NCBI GenBank assembly: GCA_023423235.1
Contig: JAFAFY010000427.1
Location: 1 to 37,010, forward strand
DNA: 37,010 nucleotides
Origin: Pseudomonadota bacterium
GTDB taxonomy: Bacteria > Pseudomonadota > Gammaproteobacteria > Xanthomonadales > Xanthomonadaceae
Direction of reading: 5' to 3'
Position numbers and translations under genes: made by a program. Positions 20,339 through 29,624 of this stretch are shown one piece after another (within the stretch, counting starts at the first letter, position 1; each line of letters starts with the position of its first letter). The notes beneath the pieces are model-generated. The model did no database searches. It saw nothing but the letters and a program-made list of their open reading frames with translations, and was not told the DNA's origin.

Positions 20339-20358
20339 CGCATCGCCAGGGCGCCCAC

Positions 20359-20805
20359 ATGATCGCCATCACACTGATCACCCTGCTCATCGTGGCCGGC
20401 ATCCTGCTCGGCGTCCGCATGATCCAGCGCGGCGCCGCCAAAGCCGCGGCCTCGGGGCAGCTCGATGACAGCGCCACCACGGCAGACAGGCCGGAGGCGC
20501 GCGCGGCGATCGAGCAGTGGGCCGGGGCGCATGGCTACCAGCGCGTCGAGCCTGCGGCCGACCTGATCCGCTACCAGAAGCACGTGGGTGCGACCTCCGG
20601 CAATCCCACCTACCTCGACGTCCGCCACGGCGATGGCCACCTGACCCTGGCCTCCTACATGGGCGTGATCCATCCGTTCACGCGCCAGCCCGGCGGCCAG
20701 ATGCCGCTGAGCACGCCCGGCCTGGTGCTGGCGTTTCCGCGCAAGACCGCCAGGCGCGAGCACAACGTGCTGCGTGCCGCGCTCGGGCTGCCCGCCATCG
20801 ACTGA
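20359..20805 (+). CDS. Hypothetical protein with an N-terminal membrane anchor (paralogue of 21339..21770)
   Basis: MIAITLITLLIVAGILLG hydrophobic segment; GC3-rich codon usage. Confidence 0.75.
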   Translation: MIAITLITLLIVAGILLGVRMIQRGAAKAAASGQLDDSATTADRPEARAAIEQWAGAHGYQRVEPAADLIRYQKHVGATSGNPTYLDVRHGDGHLTLASYMGVIHPFTRQPGGQMPLSTPGLVLAFPRKTARREHNVLRAALGLPAID

Positions 20806-20872
20806 GCCTCACTCCGCATGCGCTGCGGGCATGGGAGACTCGGCCCTGACCGACGCCGCAGGAGACACGCCA

Positions 20873-21286
20873 ATGCCGCACCGCAGCCGCCTGTCCACGT
20901 TCGTGCTCGACTGCGAGGTCGAGGACCTGGCCCCGCACGTCGCATTCTGGAGCCGTGCGCTCGGCAAGCCGGTCGCGTCCATTGACCAGGACGGCGACGG
21001 CCGCTATGCCGAGCTGGAGACCGCGGCGGACGAGCCGATCCTGCTGTTGCAGAAAGTCGACCACGCCTCGCACATCCATCTCGACATCGAGGCCGACGAC
21101 ATCGATGCCGAGGCCGACCGGCTCGAGCGCCTGGGCGCGCGCAGGATCGCCTTCGTCAAACGCTGGTGGGTGATGGAGGCGCCGAGTGGGCACCGCTTCT
21201 GCGTGGTGCGCCCGCAGCGCGAGCCCTTCGGCCCGCACGCCAACACCTGGGACGACGACGGAAGGCCGGCACGCCAGCCACGGTGA
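20873..21286 (+). CDS. VOC/glyoxalase-family protein
   Basis: FWSRALG, HIHLDIEADDIDAEADRLERLGA, WWVMEAPSGHRFCVV; AGGAG RBS. Confidence 0.88.
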   Translation: MPHRSRLSTFVLDCEVEDLAPHVAFWSRALGKPVASIDQDGDGRYAELETAADEPILLLQKVDHASHIHLDIEADDIDAEADRLERLGARRIAFVKRWWVMEAPSGHRFCVVRPQREPFGPHANTWDDDGRPARQPR

Positions 21287-21338
21287 CACCGTCCGCCACG
21301 CCGGGCTAGATTGCGGGTCCTTTGTCCGGAGCCTGCGT

Positions 21339-21770
21339 ATGCGCATCCTGTTCTTCGCAATCATCGGTGCCGCCATCGGCCTGGCCGCCATCAACCTGAT
21401 GGCCTACCTCGCCCGCAACAGGAACAACCCCTTCGATCGCCGCGAGTTCTCCGGCGGCGCCGAGGCGCTCGCGAAGATCGATGCCTGGGCCGCGGCCAAC
21501 GGCTACACGCGCCAGCCCGACGTCGAGGGCAGGCGCGTCTACCGCAAGGGCATCAACGTCCTGACCTCGCCGATGTTCCTGGAAGTCGAGACGCTGGGCG
21601 AGCGCATCGCCACCCGCAGCTTCGTGCGCATCGACGGTCTGATCCTCAAGGGCGACCTGGCGCTGGCCGCCGACGGCCCGATGGCCAAGCTGCCGCGCGC
21701 CAACGCGCAGAAGGCGCACGAGGCACTGTTCGCCCAGCTCGGCGCTCCGTCGCCTGCGCTGCTGCCCTGA
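21339..21770 (+). CDS. Hypothetical protein with an N-terminal membrane anchor (paralogue of 20359..20805)
   Basis: MRILFFAIIGAAIGLAAINL; GGAG RBS; TAGATT upstream. Confidence 0.75.
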   Translation: MRILFFAIIGAAIGLAAINLMAYLARNRNNPFDRREFSGGAEALAKIDAWAAANGYTRQPDVEGRRVYRKGINVLTSPMFLEVETLGERIATRSFVRIDGLILKGDLALAADGPMAKLPRANAQKAHEALFAQLGAPSPALLP

Positions 21771-21782
21771 GCGGCCGCACCC

Positions 21783-22715
21783 TCAACGCGCGATTCGGTC
21801 CAGCCAGGCGCACAGCCCCTGGGCATTGAGTGCGATGTCGCCGCCGAGGATGTCATCCACGCGCGCGGCGGCATCGTCGATCCCGTGCGCCTGCGCCCGC
21901 GCGGTGTAGAGCGTGCGCAGGCCATCGGCGATGCGGGCTTCGCGATCCGGTTCCTGTTGCGCGGCCTGCGCGATCGCCACCATCGCGTCGATCTGCGCGT
22001 GCAGGTCCGCCGCCAGCCGCGCGCATTCGGTCACCTCGCCGTAGTGCGCGATGCGGATCGAGGCCGGCGCGCGCGCCAGCAGGCGATCGATCGAGTCGTG
22101 CAGCTGCTGCGGGTCGAACTGCACCGGCGAGGTCGTGGGCACGATGAACGCGCCGTTGCCGTTGTCGAATTCGCAATAGGAGATGCCGAAGGTATCGCCG
22201 GCGAACCAGCTGCGGCTGCGCGCATCCCACACGCTGTAGTGGTGGCGCGCGTGGCCGGGCGTGTCGACGCACAGCAGCGGCCGGCCGGCGAGATCGACGA
22301 CATGGCCATCGTCGGCCACCACCACGCGATCCTCGGGCACCGGCAGCATGCCGGCGTGGTCGCGGTCGAACGCGGCGTCGCCATAGACCGCGCGCGCGCC
22401 GGCGATCAGCCGCGTCGGGTCGATCATGTGCGGCGCGCCGCGCGGATGCACCACCAGCCGCGCGTTGGGCAGCGCCCGGATCAGCGGGCCCGCCGCGCCG
22501 GCATGGTCCAGGTGCACATGGGTGACCAGCAGCCAGTCGACCGCCTCGCGCGCCACGCCGGCGGCGTCGAGCGCATCCAGCACGCGCTGCGCGCAAGTCG
22601 CGGTGCCGCAGTCGACCAGCGCCGCGCGACCGCTCTCCTGCAGCAGGTAGGCCGCGCACAGCTTCGGCCGCACGTAACCGGTGTCGATAAGGGTGATGTC
22701 GTGGTTGGCAGCCAT
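21783..22715 (-). CDS. MBL-fold metallo-hydrolase
   Basis: THVHLDHAG, TPGHARHH, FAGD, AHYG; GGAGG RBS. Confidence 0.92.
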   Translation of the reverse strand: MAANHDITLIDTGYVRPKLCAAYLLQESGRAALVDCGTATCAQRVLDALDAAGVAREAVDWLLVTHVHLDHAGAAGPLIRALPNARLVVHPRGAPHMIDPTRLIAGARAVYGDAAFDRDHAGMLPVPEDRVVVADDGHVVDLAGRPLLCVDTPGHARHHYSVWDARSRSWFAGDTFGISYCEFDNGNGAFIVPTTSPVQFDPQQLHDSIDRLLARAPASIRIAHYGEVTECARLAADLHAQIDAMVAIAQAAQQEPDREARIADGLRTLYTARAQAHGIDDAAARVDDILGGDIALNAQGLCAWLDRIAR

Positions 22716-22810
22716 GGTCCGCACCTCCCAGGCGGTCCGGCCAGTCTAGGCTGCGCGGCGCGCGCGCCCGATACGGCCTTGGTCGAAGCCAGGCCTTTGG
22801 CCTGCGCGGG

Positions 22811-23122
22811 TCAGCGCCGCAGTCGCAGCAGGCGCCCGCGCAGCGCGAAGGCCAGCCCCAGCACGGCCAGGAATACGCCATAGCCGATCGCGGTGGCGAG
22901 GATCTGCGCCCACATCCGGCCGTGGCCGGGATCGGCCACCTGCTGTGCCCAGTGGATCGACAGCACGAAGGCCACCACCGCCAGCGCCAGGCTGGCCAGG
23001 TCGTAGAGCGCGCGGCGCGCGCCACGCGGCCGGCGCGGGAACGCCCAGAACAGCACGCCGAGGATCAGGAACCACGGCAGGAACAGCAGCAGCGCCAGAT
23101 TCAACTCGACCAGTGCGTTCAT
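22811..23122 (-). CDS. Small hypothetical membrane protein (3 predicted TM segments)
   Basis: Three hydrophobic segments; ATGA overlap with the trpS stop. Confidence 0.8.
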   Translation of the reverse strand: MNALVELNLALLLFLPWFLILGVLFWAFPRRPRGARRALYDLASLALAVVAFVLSIHWAQQVADPGHGRMWAQILATAIGYGVFLAVLGLAFALRGRLLRLRR

Positions 23123-24447
23123 GACGCGGCGGTCTTCTCCGCATCGGCCGCGGCCAGGGCGTCGAGCGCGGCCCGCACCTCGCCCTCGGCCACGCCTTCG
23201 CCCAGCGCGGCCGGCGCATCGGTGATCGCCAGCGCCCCGCTGCGCAGGCGCGCGATGGTCTGCCCGGCATCGCGCGGCGCATCGAAGGCGTGGCTCTGCA
23301 GCAACACGCGCTCGCCCTCGGCCAGTTTGAAATAGAACCGGCCGTCGGCCTCGCGGTACTGCTTGAAGGCCGGCAACACGCGAACCGTCAGCGACGCTTC
23401 GGCCGCCTCACCGGTCGCGATCGAGACCTTGCCCAGGTCGCGCAGGCCAACCGCGTCGCGCAACTGCGCCAGCAGCGGCGTCGCATAGCGCTCGCGCAGG
23501 CGGCGGCCGCCGTCGCGCAGGATCTCCTCGATGTCGCCCGGGCGCGCCATCAGCGTCTCGTAGCGTTCGCGCATCGGCGCGACCTCGCGCTCGATCAGCG
23601 CCAGCAACTGCTGCTTGGCATCGCCCCAGCCGATGCCGTCGGTATAGGCCCGGGCGAACGCCGCGGTTTCCTCCGCGCTTGCGAAGGCCTGGTAGAGCTG
23701 GAACAGCGCCGAGCCGGCGGTGTCCTTGGCCTCGCCCGGGGCGCGCGAGTCGGTCAGGATCGAGAACACCAGCTTCTTCAGCTGCGCCGGCGGCGCGAAC
23801 AAGGGAATGGTGTTGTCGTAGCTCTTGCTCATCTTGCGGCCGTCCAGGCCTGGCAGCGTGGCGACGGTTTCGTCCACCACCGCCTCGGGCAGGGTGAACC
23901 AGTCGTGGCCGTAGACATGGTTGAAGCGCTGGCCGAAATCGCGCGCCATCTCGATGTGCTGCACCTGGTCACGACCGACGGGGACCTTGTCGGCGTTGAA
24001 GATCAGGATGTCGGCGGGCATCAGCACCGGATACATGAACAAGCCGGCAGTGACCCCGGCATCCTCGTCCTCGCCCTCGCTGCGGTTGCGGTCGACCGCG
24101 GCCTTGTAGGCATGCGCGCGGTTGAGGATGCCCTTGCCGGCCACGCAGGTCAGCAGCCACATCAGCTCGGTGGTCTCGGGCACATCGCTCTGGCGGTAGA
24201 ACCAGACCTTGGCCGGGTCGAGGCCGGCGGCCAGCCAGGTCGCGGCGATCTCCAGCGTCGAGCGCTGGGTACGCGCCGGGTCCTGCGCCTTGATCAGGCT
24301 GTGCAGGTCGGCGAGGAAATAGAAGCTCTCGGTATTCGGCGCGTGGCTGGCGGCGATCGCCGGACGCACCGCGCCGACGTAGTTGCCGAGATGCGGCGTG
24401 CCCGAGGTGGTGATGCCGGTGAGGACGCGGAGCGGACGCTGGGACAT
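23119..24447 (-). CDS. trpS: Tryptophan--tRNA ligase with a C-terminal extension
   Basis: TSGTPHLGNY (HIGH-like), VPVGRDQVQH, KMSKS; extra tail FKQYREADGRFYFKL. Confidence 0.95.
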   Translation of the reverse strand: MSQRPLRVLTGITTSGTPHLGNYVGAVRPAIAASHAPNTESFYFLADLHSLIKAQDPARTQRSTLEIAATWLAAGLDPAKVWFYRQSDVPETTELMWLLTCVAGKGILNRAHAYKAAVDRNRSEGEDEDAGVTAGLFMYPVLMPADILIFNADKVPVGRDQVQHIEMARDFGQRFNHVYGHDWFTLPEAVVDETVATLPGLDGRKMSKSYDNTIPLFAPPAQLKKLVFSILTDSRAPGEAKDTAGSALFQLYQAFASAEETAAFARAYTDGIGWGDAKQQLLALIEREVAPMRERYETLMARPGDIEEILRDGGRRLRERYATPLLAQLRDAVGLRDLGKVSIATGEAAEASLTVRVLPAFKQYREADGRFYFKLAEGERVLLQSHAFDAPRDAGQTIARLRSGALAITDAPAALGEGVAEGEVRAALDALAAADAEKTAAS

Positions 24448-24588
24448 GGACGGAACGCGGGTCGGGACAGGCGGCAAGTCTAACCGTTGCCGCCGCGGGC
24501 CCGGCCGCGCCACCGCGATGCAGCGCAGCGGCAACCCCACCCGCGCAGCTGGCGCGTTGGAGCCAGCGTCCCCATCGGAGAACCGCCC

Positions 24589-25500
24589 ATGTCCCGCTAC
24601 GCCCCGTCTCCCTCCCACGCACCGCAGCCCAGCGGCGTGCCTGTGTCCGCCCCGTCCTGGCGGGCCTTGCTGTGTTCGAGCCTGCCGCGTTCGAGCTTGC
24701 TGCTGTCGACGCTGCTGCTGGCCGCCCTCGGTACTCCTGCATCGGCCGCGACCCGCGTGGTCGCGCCGCAGCCTTCGCGTCCATTGGTCGAACTGCAACT
24801 GGTCGACCGTGACAGCGGCAGCTGGCTGCCCAGCTATCCCCACCGCGGCATGCAGTGGGTGGCCGGCGAGCCCGGCCGCAGCTACAGCGTACGCCTGACC
24901 AACACCACGGGCGAGCGCGTGCTGGTGGTGCTGTCGGTCGATGGCGTCAACGCGATCAGCGGCGAAACCGCCGACCCGGCGCAATCGGGCTATGTGCTGT
25001 CGCCGTGGCAGAGCACCGAGATCAGCGGCTGGCGCAAGTCGCATGCCGAGGTCGCGCGCTTCGTGTTCACCGACCTGCCCGACAGCTACGCCGCTCGCAC
25101 CGGACGCCCGGACAACGTCGGCAGCATCGGCATCGCGGTGTTCCGCGAGCGTCAGTCGCCCACACCGCGGCCGCTGCCCTCACCGCCTATCGCGCGCAGC
25201 GCAGCACCGCCGCCCGCGCCCGGCAACGCGGCGCGCGCGCAGGCCTCGGAATCCACAATGACGGCCGACGCCATGGGCGCGCGCCAGCAGGTCGGTACCG
25301 GCCACGGCATGCGCGAGTGGTCGCCGGTGTCCGATACGCGCTTCGCACGCGCAAGCCGGCGTCCGGCGCAGGTGACGGAACTGCGCTACGACGCGCCGCA
25401 GGCGCTGGCGGCGCTGGGCATCGGTCCGGCAGCCGGCCACCATTGGCAGGCGCGGCAGCCACGCGCGTTTCCCGGTGGCTTCGTGCCCGACCCGCGCTGA
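24589..25500 (+). CDS. Hypothetical secreted protein
   Basis: Signal-like segment ending PASA; VVLSVDGVNAISG...GWRKS...SYAARTGRPDNVGSIGIAVFRE; GGAG RBS. Confidence 0.78.
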   Translation: MSRYAPSPSHAPQPSGVPVSAPSWRALLCSSLPRSSLLLSTLLLAALGTPASAATRVVAPQPSRPLVELQLVDRDSGSWLPSYPHRGMQWVAGEPGRSYSVRLTNTTGERVLVVLSVDGVNAISGETADPAQSGYVLSPWQSTEISGWRKSHAEVARFVFTDLPDSYAARTGRPDNVGSIGIAVFRERQSPTPRPLPSPPIARSAAPPPAPGNAARAQASESTMTADAMGARQQVGTGHGMREWSPVSDTRFARASRRPAQVTELRYDAPQALAALGIGPAAGHHWQARQPRAFPGGFVPDPR

Positions 25501-25531
25501 TCCGCATGCCCGCAACATCGCCATAAGCGGA

Positions 25532-25555
25532 AGGGCCGGCAGCGATGCCGGCCCT
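25532..25555. terminator. Hairpin between convergent genes (possible terminator)
   Basis: AGGGCCGGCA-GCGA-TGCCGGCCCT with a GNRA loop; weak U tail. Confidence 0.5.
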
Positions 25556-25614
25556 CTCTGTCCTCGTTGCGGATGATCCTGAGGATCCGCAATGCGGCAG
25601 ACGCGTGACTCAAC

Positions 25615-25818
25615 TCAACTGTCGAGCGTCTTCTCGAAATCGCGCACTTCCTGCTCGGCGCGCTCGCGCTCCCAGCCGTACTGCTCCTGCAGCTTGCCGG
25701 CCAGGTACTTGCTGTCGCCGGCAGCGACATCGAACACGTCGTCGGTCAGGTCGCCCCACTTGGCCTGGGCCTTGCCCTTGAGCTGGGTCCACTTGCCGGA
25801 AATGATGTCTTTGTTCAT
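25615..25818 (-). CDS. csbD: CsbD/YjbJ-family stress protein
   Basis: [27 protein letters not shown]...GKLQEQYG. Confidence 0.92.
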   Translation of the reverse strand: MNKDIISGKWTQLKGKAQAKWGDLTDDVFDVAAGDSKYLAGKLQEQYGWERERAEQEVRDFEKTLDS

Positions 25819-26017
25819 TGGAATACGTCCTTGGGGAATGACGGTAGGAGACGCAACCCGCTTCGGTGGGGGCCATGCGGGTCACGCGACCAATTTCCAC
25901 CAACCGCCATCAAGTCCCGGTCAATATTCCGTGGTGTGCGCCGTCATGAAGCTGAGCGGTTCAGCCGCGTGCACGCATCGTCATCCGCGCCCCGGACGAC
26001 ATGCCGGCTGCGCCATG

Positions 26018-26045
26018 AAAAACGGGCCGGCTTGCGCCGACCCGT
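26018..26045 (-). terminator. Intrinsic terminator downstream of the entericidin gene
   Basis: Minus strand ACGGGTCGGC-GCAA-GCCGGCCCGT followed by TTTT. Confidence 0.75.
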
Positions 26046-26097
26046 CTTCCATTTCCGGTGCCGCGGGAGGTCCCGCGGACAGGGCATCAGCCCGCAA

Positions 26098-26253
26098 TCA
26101 CGGACGGCTGGTACCGCCGGTGTTCTCCGCGCCCTCTTCCATCTTCTCGCCCACCTTCTGGACGTCCTGGCCCGCACCCTTGACGGTGTTGCAGGCGCTC
26201 AGGGTGGCGGCCGAGAACATGGCCAGCAGCAGCAGTGCAGTCAAACGCTTCAT
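26098..26253 (-). CDS. Entericidin A/B-family lipoprotein
   Basis: MKRLTALLLLAMFSAATLSACNTVKGAGQDVQKVGE. Confidence 0.9.
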   Translation of the reverse strand: MKRLTALLLLAMFSAATLSACNTVKGAGQDVQKVGEKMEEGAENTGGTSRP

Positions 26254-26388
26254 TGAGAGTCTCCGGATGGTCGTGGTCGACAGGCTGCTCGCGCAACCCT
26301 GGGACCGACTATAGGAGCCGGCGGTGTGAACACCACGTGCAGCACTTCGCCCTGCCAAAGCGGCTATTCATCTGCCGCACCGACCGCG

Positions 26389-27312
26389 CTAGTCGCGCAT
26401 CAGCGTCGACTTGCCGAACAGGCTCTCGACCAGGTCGACCGCCAGCTCCGCGGTGGCATTGCCGTTGTCGAGCGCGGTGTTGACCTCGACGATGTCCAGC
26501 GAACCCAGGCGGCCGGTGTCGGCGATCATCTCCATCACCAGTTGCGCCTCGCGGTAGTTGATGCCGCCCGGCACCGGCGTGCCGGTGCCCGGTGCGATCA
26601 CCGGGTCGAGTATGTCGACATCGAAGCTCACGTGCAGGTGGGTGTCACCGTCGAGGCCATCGAGCGCCTGCGCCATCACCGCGCGCATGCCCACCTCGTC
26701 GATGTAGCGCATGTCGTAGATGTCCAGCCCGTGTTCCTTGACCAGGCGCTTCTCCTCCGGGTCCACCGAGCGGATGCCGATCTGGCGCACCTGCGCCGGC
26801 GTGATCGCCGGCACGTGGCCGCCAAGCCCGGTCAACACATCGGGACCGATGCCGCACAGGCAGGCCACCGGCATGCCATGCACGTTGCCCGAGGGCGTGA
26901 TCCGCGAGGTATTGAAATCGGTATGCGCATCCAGCCACAGCACCCGCAGGCGCTTGCCCTGCGCCCGGCAGTGGTTGGCCACCGCCGCGATCGAGCCCAT
27001 CGCCAGGCAGTGGTCGCCGCCCAGCATCACCGGCATGCGTCCCAGCGCCAGTTCCGCACTGGAAGCCGCCAGCACCGCGCGGTTCCAGGCCAGGACCTCG
27101 TCCAGATGCCGGTAACCACCCTGCGGTCCCTGCCAAGGATTCTTGGGGCCTTGCAGGTCGCCGCGGTCGACGACATCCACTCCGCGCGCGGCCAGCGCCT
27201 CGACCAGGCCGGCGACGCGCAGGCCCTCGGGACCCATCGACGCGCCGCGACGCCCGGCACCGACATCGGTCGGGACGCCGAAGATCGACACCGGGGAACA
27301 GGAATGCTGCAT
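26389..27312 (-). CDS. rocF: Arginase
   Basis: GGDHCLA, WLDAHTDFNT, SGNVHGMP, SFDVDILDP, GTGTPVPGG, IVEVN; GGAGG RBS. Confidence 0.95.
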   Translation of the reverse strand: MQHSCSPVSIFGVPTDVGAGRRGASMGPEGLRVAGLVEALAARGVDVVDRGDLQGPKNPWQGPQGGYRHLDEVLAWNRAVLAASSAELALGRMPVMLGGDHCLAMGSIAAVANHCRAQGKRLRVLWLDAHTDFNTSRITPSGNVHGMPVACLCGIGPDVLTGLGGHVPAITPAQVRQIGIRSVDPEEKRLVKEHGLDIYDMRYIDEVGMRAVMAQALDGLDGDTHLHVSFDVDILDPVIAPGTGTPVPGGINYREAQLVMEMIADTGRLGSLDIVEVNTALDNGNATAELAVDLVESLFGKSTLMRD

Positions 27313-27715
27313 GGAACCTCCTTGCGAAATGTCGGCCGCACCCTCCGCCGGCCGGGGCCGCGGTGTACGGCGCCGGCAGCATCCGGCGGCCGAGGGGGGC
27401 GCCAGGCGTGGCGCGGGTCGCGGGGAGACTGCATCGATGTGGATGGCGCCCGGCACCAGCGCGCACACAGCTGGCCGGACGGCCCGGAAAACCGGCCCGC
27501 CGCATGCCTTGCACAGAAGCGCGCGTCCGGACCGGGCGCCACTCTAGCAGCGTCAGGCGACGCGCGAGCAAGGCTCGCGTCCTGCACCGCACAACACGGC
27601 CACCTGCAGCGTAGGGGATTTCCGACAGCGCAGGACGGCAAGCGCCGATGCCGGGCAGCGCATGCCACGACGAAGATGGTCAGCGGAGGACAAACTCCAA
27701 CGACAGGAACCGGGC

Positions 27716-27934
27716 GTGAGCGACATCGAGATCAGCATCGTCGACGGCAACTACCAGGTGCACGGACCGACGCACCACGAGGTGTTCAGCAGCAAGATGC
27801 GTGCACTGGCCGCCGCCACCGCGCTGGCGGCGCAAGCGGCCAATGCATCCGGTGCGCCCGCCCGGATCGTCGTCCCTACCGGCTGGGGTGAAGCCTACCT
27901 GGTGTCCGCGAGCGGTCTGGTCCAACTGTCCTGA
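27716..27934 (+). CDS. Small hypothetical protein (72 aa)
   Basis: GTG start after CAGGAA; MSDIEISIVDGNYQVHGP...; GC3-rich codons. Confidence 0.6.
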   Translation: MSDIEISIVDGNYQVHGPTHHEVFSSKMRALAAATALAAQAANASGAPARIVVPTGWGEAYLVSASGLVQLS

Positions 27935-28003
27935 CCCGGTGCCGCCGGGAGCCGCTGGCCGTTCCACAACGGCGTGGGGCACGCGCGTGCTAGATTCCGC
28001 GCC

Positions 28004-28675
28004 ATGCACGACGCCACCATCGACCAGATCCGCTTCCTGATCGGCAAGGGGCATGTGCGCAGCGCCCTCGAACTGCTCAACACGCTGTCTCCTTGCCGGT
28101 TCACGGCCATCTACCGCTTCGATGCCGACCAGCTGCAGAACCTGGTGCTCTACGACCGTGAGCAACCCGACGCGCCGCTGATGGACACCATCCCGATCGA
28201 GGAGTCGTACTGCACCTTCGTGCAGCGCTCCCGCGATGCCTTCCTCGTCGACAATGCGCTGCTCGACAGCCGCGTCGCCGGCCACCCCAAACGCCCGGTG
28301 GTGCAGTCCTACTTCGGCTTCCCGCTGGTCGGTCCCGACGACAGCCTGTTCGGCACCCTCTGCCAGTTCGATTTCGACGTCGTCGACATGCCCGCCGACA
28401 TCCTTGCGCTGATGCAGGAACTGGCGCGCCAGCTCGACCCGCGGCATGCGATGGCGGTATTCGCGGCCGATCTCGACCGGCGCATCGAGTCACTGGCACT
28501 GATGACCGACCTGATCGTGAGCGCCTCGCCCGGCAGGACCGCGGCCCTGGACGCATTCGAGATCTACGCCGGCCCGCTACGCAGCCAGGCCGGCGCCCTG
28601 CCCGCGGCGCAACTCGCCGGATTCATCCAGCGCCTGGACGCCATGGCCGGACGGATATCGGCCGCCACGGTTTGA
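28004..28675 (+). CDS. GAF-domain protein
   Basis: RFTAIYRFD, ESYCTFV, HPKRPVVQSYFGFPL, LFGTLCQFD. Confidence 0.82.
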   Translation: MHDATIDQIRFLIGKGHVRSALELLNTLSPCRFTAIYRFDADQLQNLVLYDREQPDAPLMDTIPIEESYCTFVQRSRDAFLVDNALLDSRVAGHPKRPVVQSYFGFPLVGPDDSLFGTLCQFDFDVVDMPADILALMQELARQLDPRHAMAVFAADLDRRIESLALMTDLIVSASPGRTAALDAFEIYAGPLRSQAGALPAAQLAGFIQRLDAMAGRISAATV

Positions 28676-28735
28676 GCGCATCGCCGTCGGACAACCGCGC
28701 ATCCACGCTGCGGCACCGCAGGAACGCAGGGAAGA

Positions 28736-28811
28736 TGGTGCCGGCACCCGGGTTCGAACTGGGGACCTACCGCTTACAAGGCGGTTGCTCTACCAACTGA
28801 GCTATGCCGGC
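28736..28811 (-). tRNA. tRNA-Thr (anticodon UGU)
   Basis: GCCGGCATAGCTCAGTTGGTAGAGCAACCGCC-TTGTAA-GCGGTAGGTCCCCAGTTCGAACCCGGGTGCCGGCACCA; 76 nt with encoded CCA. TAGAAT -10 at about 28845-28850. Confidence 0.97.
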
Positions 28812-28846
28812 ACGGGCCATGGCGCACGGCGCCAGGGAGCGGCATT

Positions 28847-29614
28847 CTAACCTGCATCCCGCGCGGCATTGCAGTCGCGCGGCTCGATGCGGGGAGCGGA
28901 GACCAGCGCGCGCAGGGCTTCGCCGCTGCTGCCTTCGGCGGCCATGACGTCGAGCCAGTAGCGCACGAGCGCATTGCCCAGCGGTTCGGCCTGGGCCTCG
29001 AAACCGGCGGCGCGCAGCGCCCCGGCGCGCGAGTTCGCACCCGCCTCGTTGCCGAAGCGGCCCAGGGCGATGCCGTTGGCCTCGTCGCCATCGGCGATGA
29101 CGTAGTAGTCGTTGAAGCCGGCCGCAACCAGCCGCGCGACCATCGCGTTGGCCGCGCTGCGATCGGGGAGCGGCCGCATCCACACCCGCCAGCCGCGCGG
29201 CACCTCGCGCACGTCGCGCGTGGCAGCGCGCACCACCACACCGGAGAGACGCGCCTGCGCGGCATTGCGCACCGCGGCGTCGGCGAAGGGACCAAGCGCA
29301 TGGCATTGCGGCGGATCAGCCGGCGCAAGGACCGGCGCGGCCGCGGCGAGCGGTGCGGCGGGCGCCAAAGGTGCGGCGGCATCGTTTCCGGGTGCGAGCG
29401 AGGGTGCAATCGACGTCGCTGCATCGACATCATTGGCGGCGGCGGTGGTCGCGTTGACCAGCGCCGGCGCGGCCTCGCCGGCGAGCTGCAGGCGCGGGAC
29501 GTCGTCGGGCAGCACGACCGGGGCCACCACCTCGGGCGCACCGCGGGTGGCCCACCAGGTGATGACGCCGAGGTTGAGGATCAGCAGCAGGATGACGAGC
29601 GAGCGCAGCAGCAT
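28847..29614 (-). CDS. SPOR-domain membrane protein
   Basis: N-terminal TM segment, Ala/Pro linker, CHALGPF, NGIALGRFGNEAGA. Confidence 0.85.
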   Translation of the reverse strand: MLLRSLVILLLILNLGVITWWATRGAPEVVAPVVLPDDVPRLQLAGEAAPALVNATTAAANDVDAATSIAPSLAPGNDAAAPLAPAAPLAAAAPVLAPADPPQCHALGPFADAAVRNAAQARLSGVVVRAATRDVREVPRGWRVWMRPLPDRSAANAMVARLVAAGFNDYYVIADGDEANGIALGRFGNEAGANSRAGALRAAGFEAQAEPLGNALVRYWLDVMAAEGSSGEALRALVSAPRIEPRDCNAARDAG

Positions 29615-29624
29615 GCCGGCGATT

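Noticed and set aside
23119..25044. 641-aa TrpRS with a long N-terminal extension
   Set aside because: The extension overlaps the opposite-strand gene 24589..25500; TrpRS similarity begins at MSQRPLRVLTG (24447).
25856..25872. UUCG hairpin upstream of csbD as a possible ncRNA
   Set aside because: A single short hairpin with no recognisable RNA family; not enough evidence.
26098..26253. Entericidin as a complete EcnA/EcnB toxin-antitoxin pair
   Set aside because: Only one entericidin gene is visible.
28736..28811. tRNA-Thr as the attachment site of an integrated element
   Set aside because: No duplicated tRNA 3' end or integrase found in the window.
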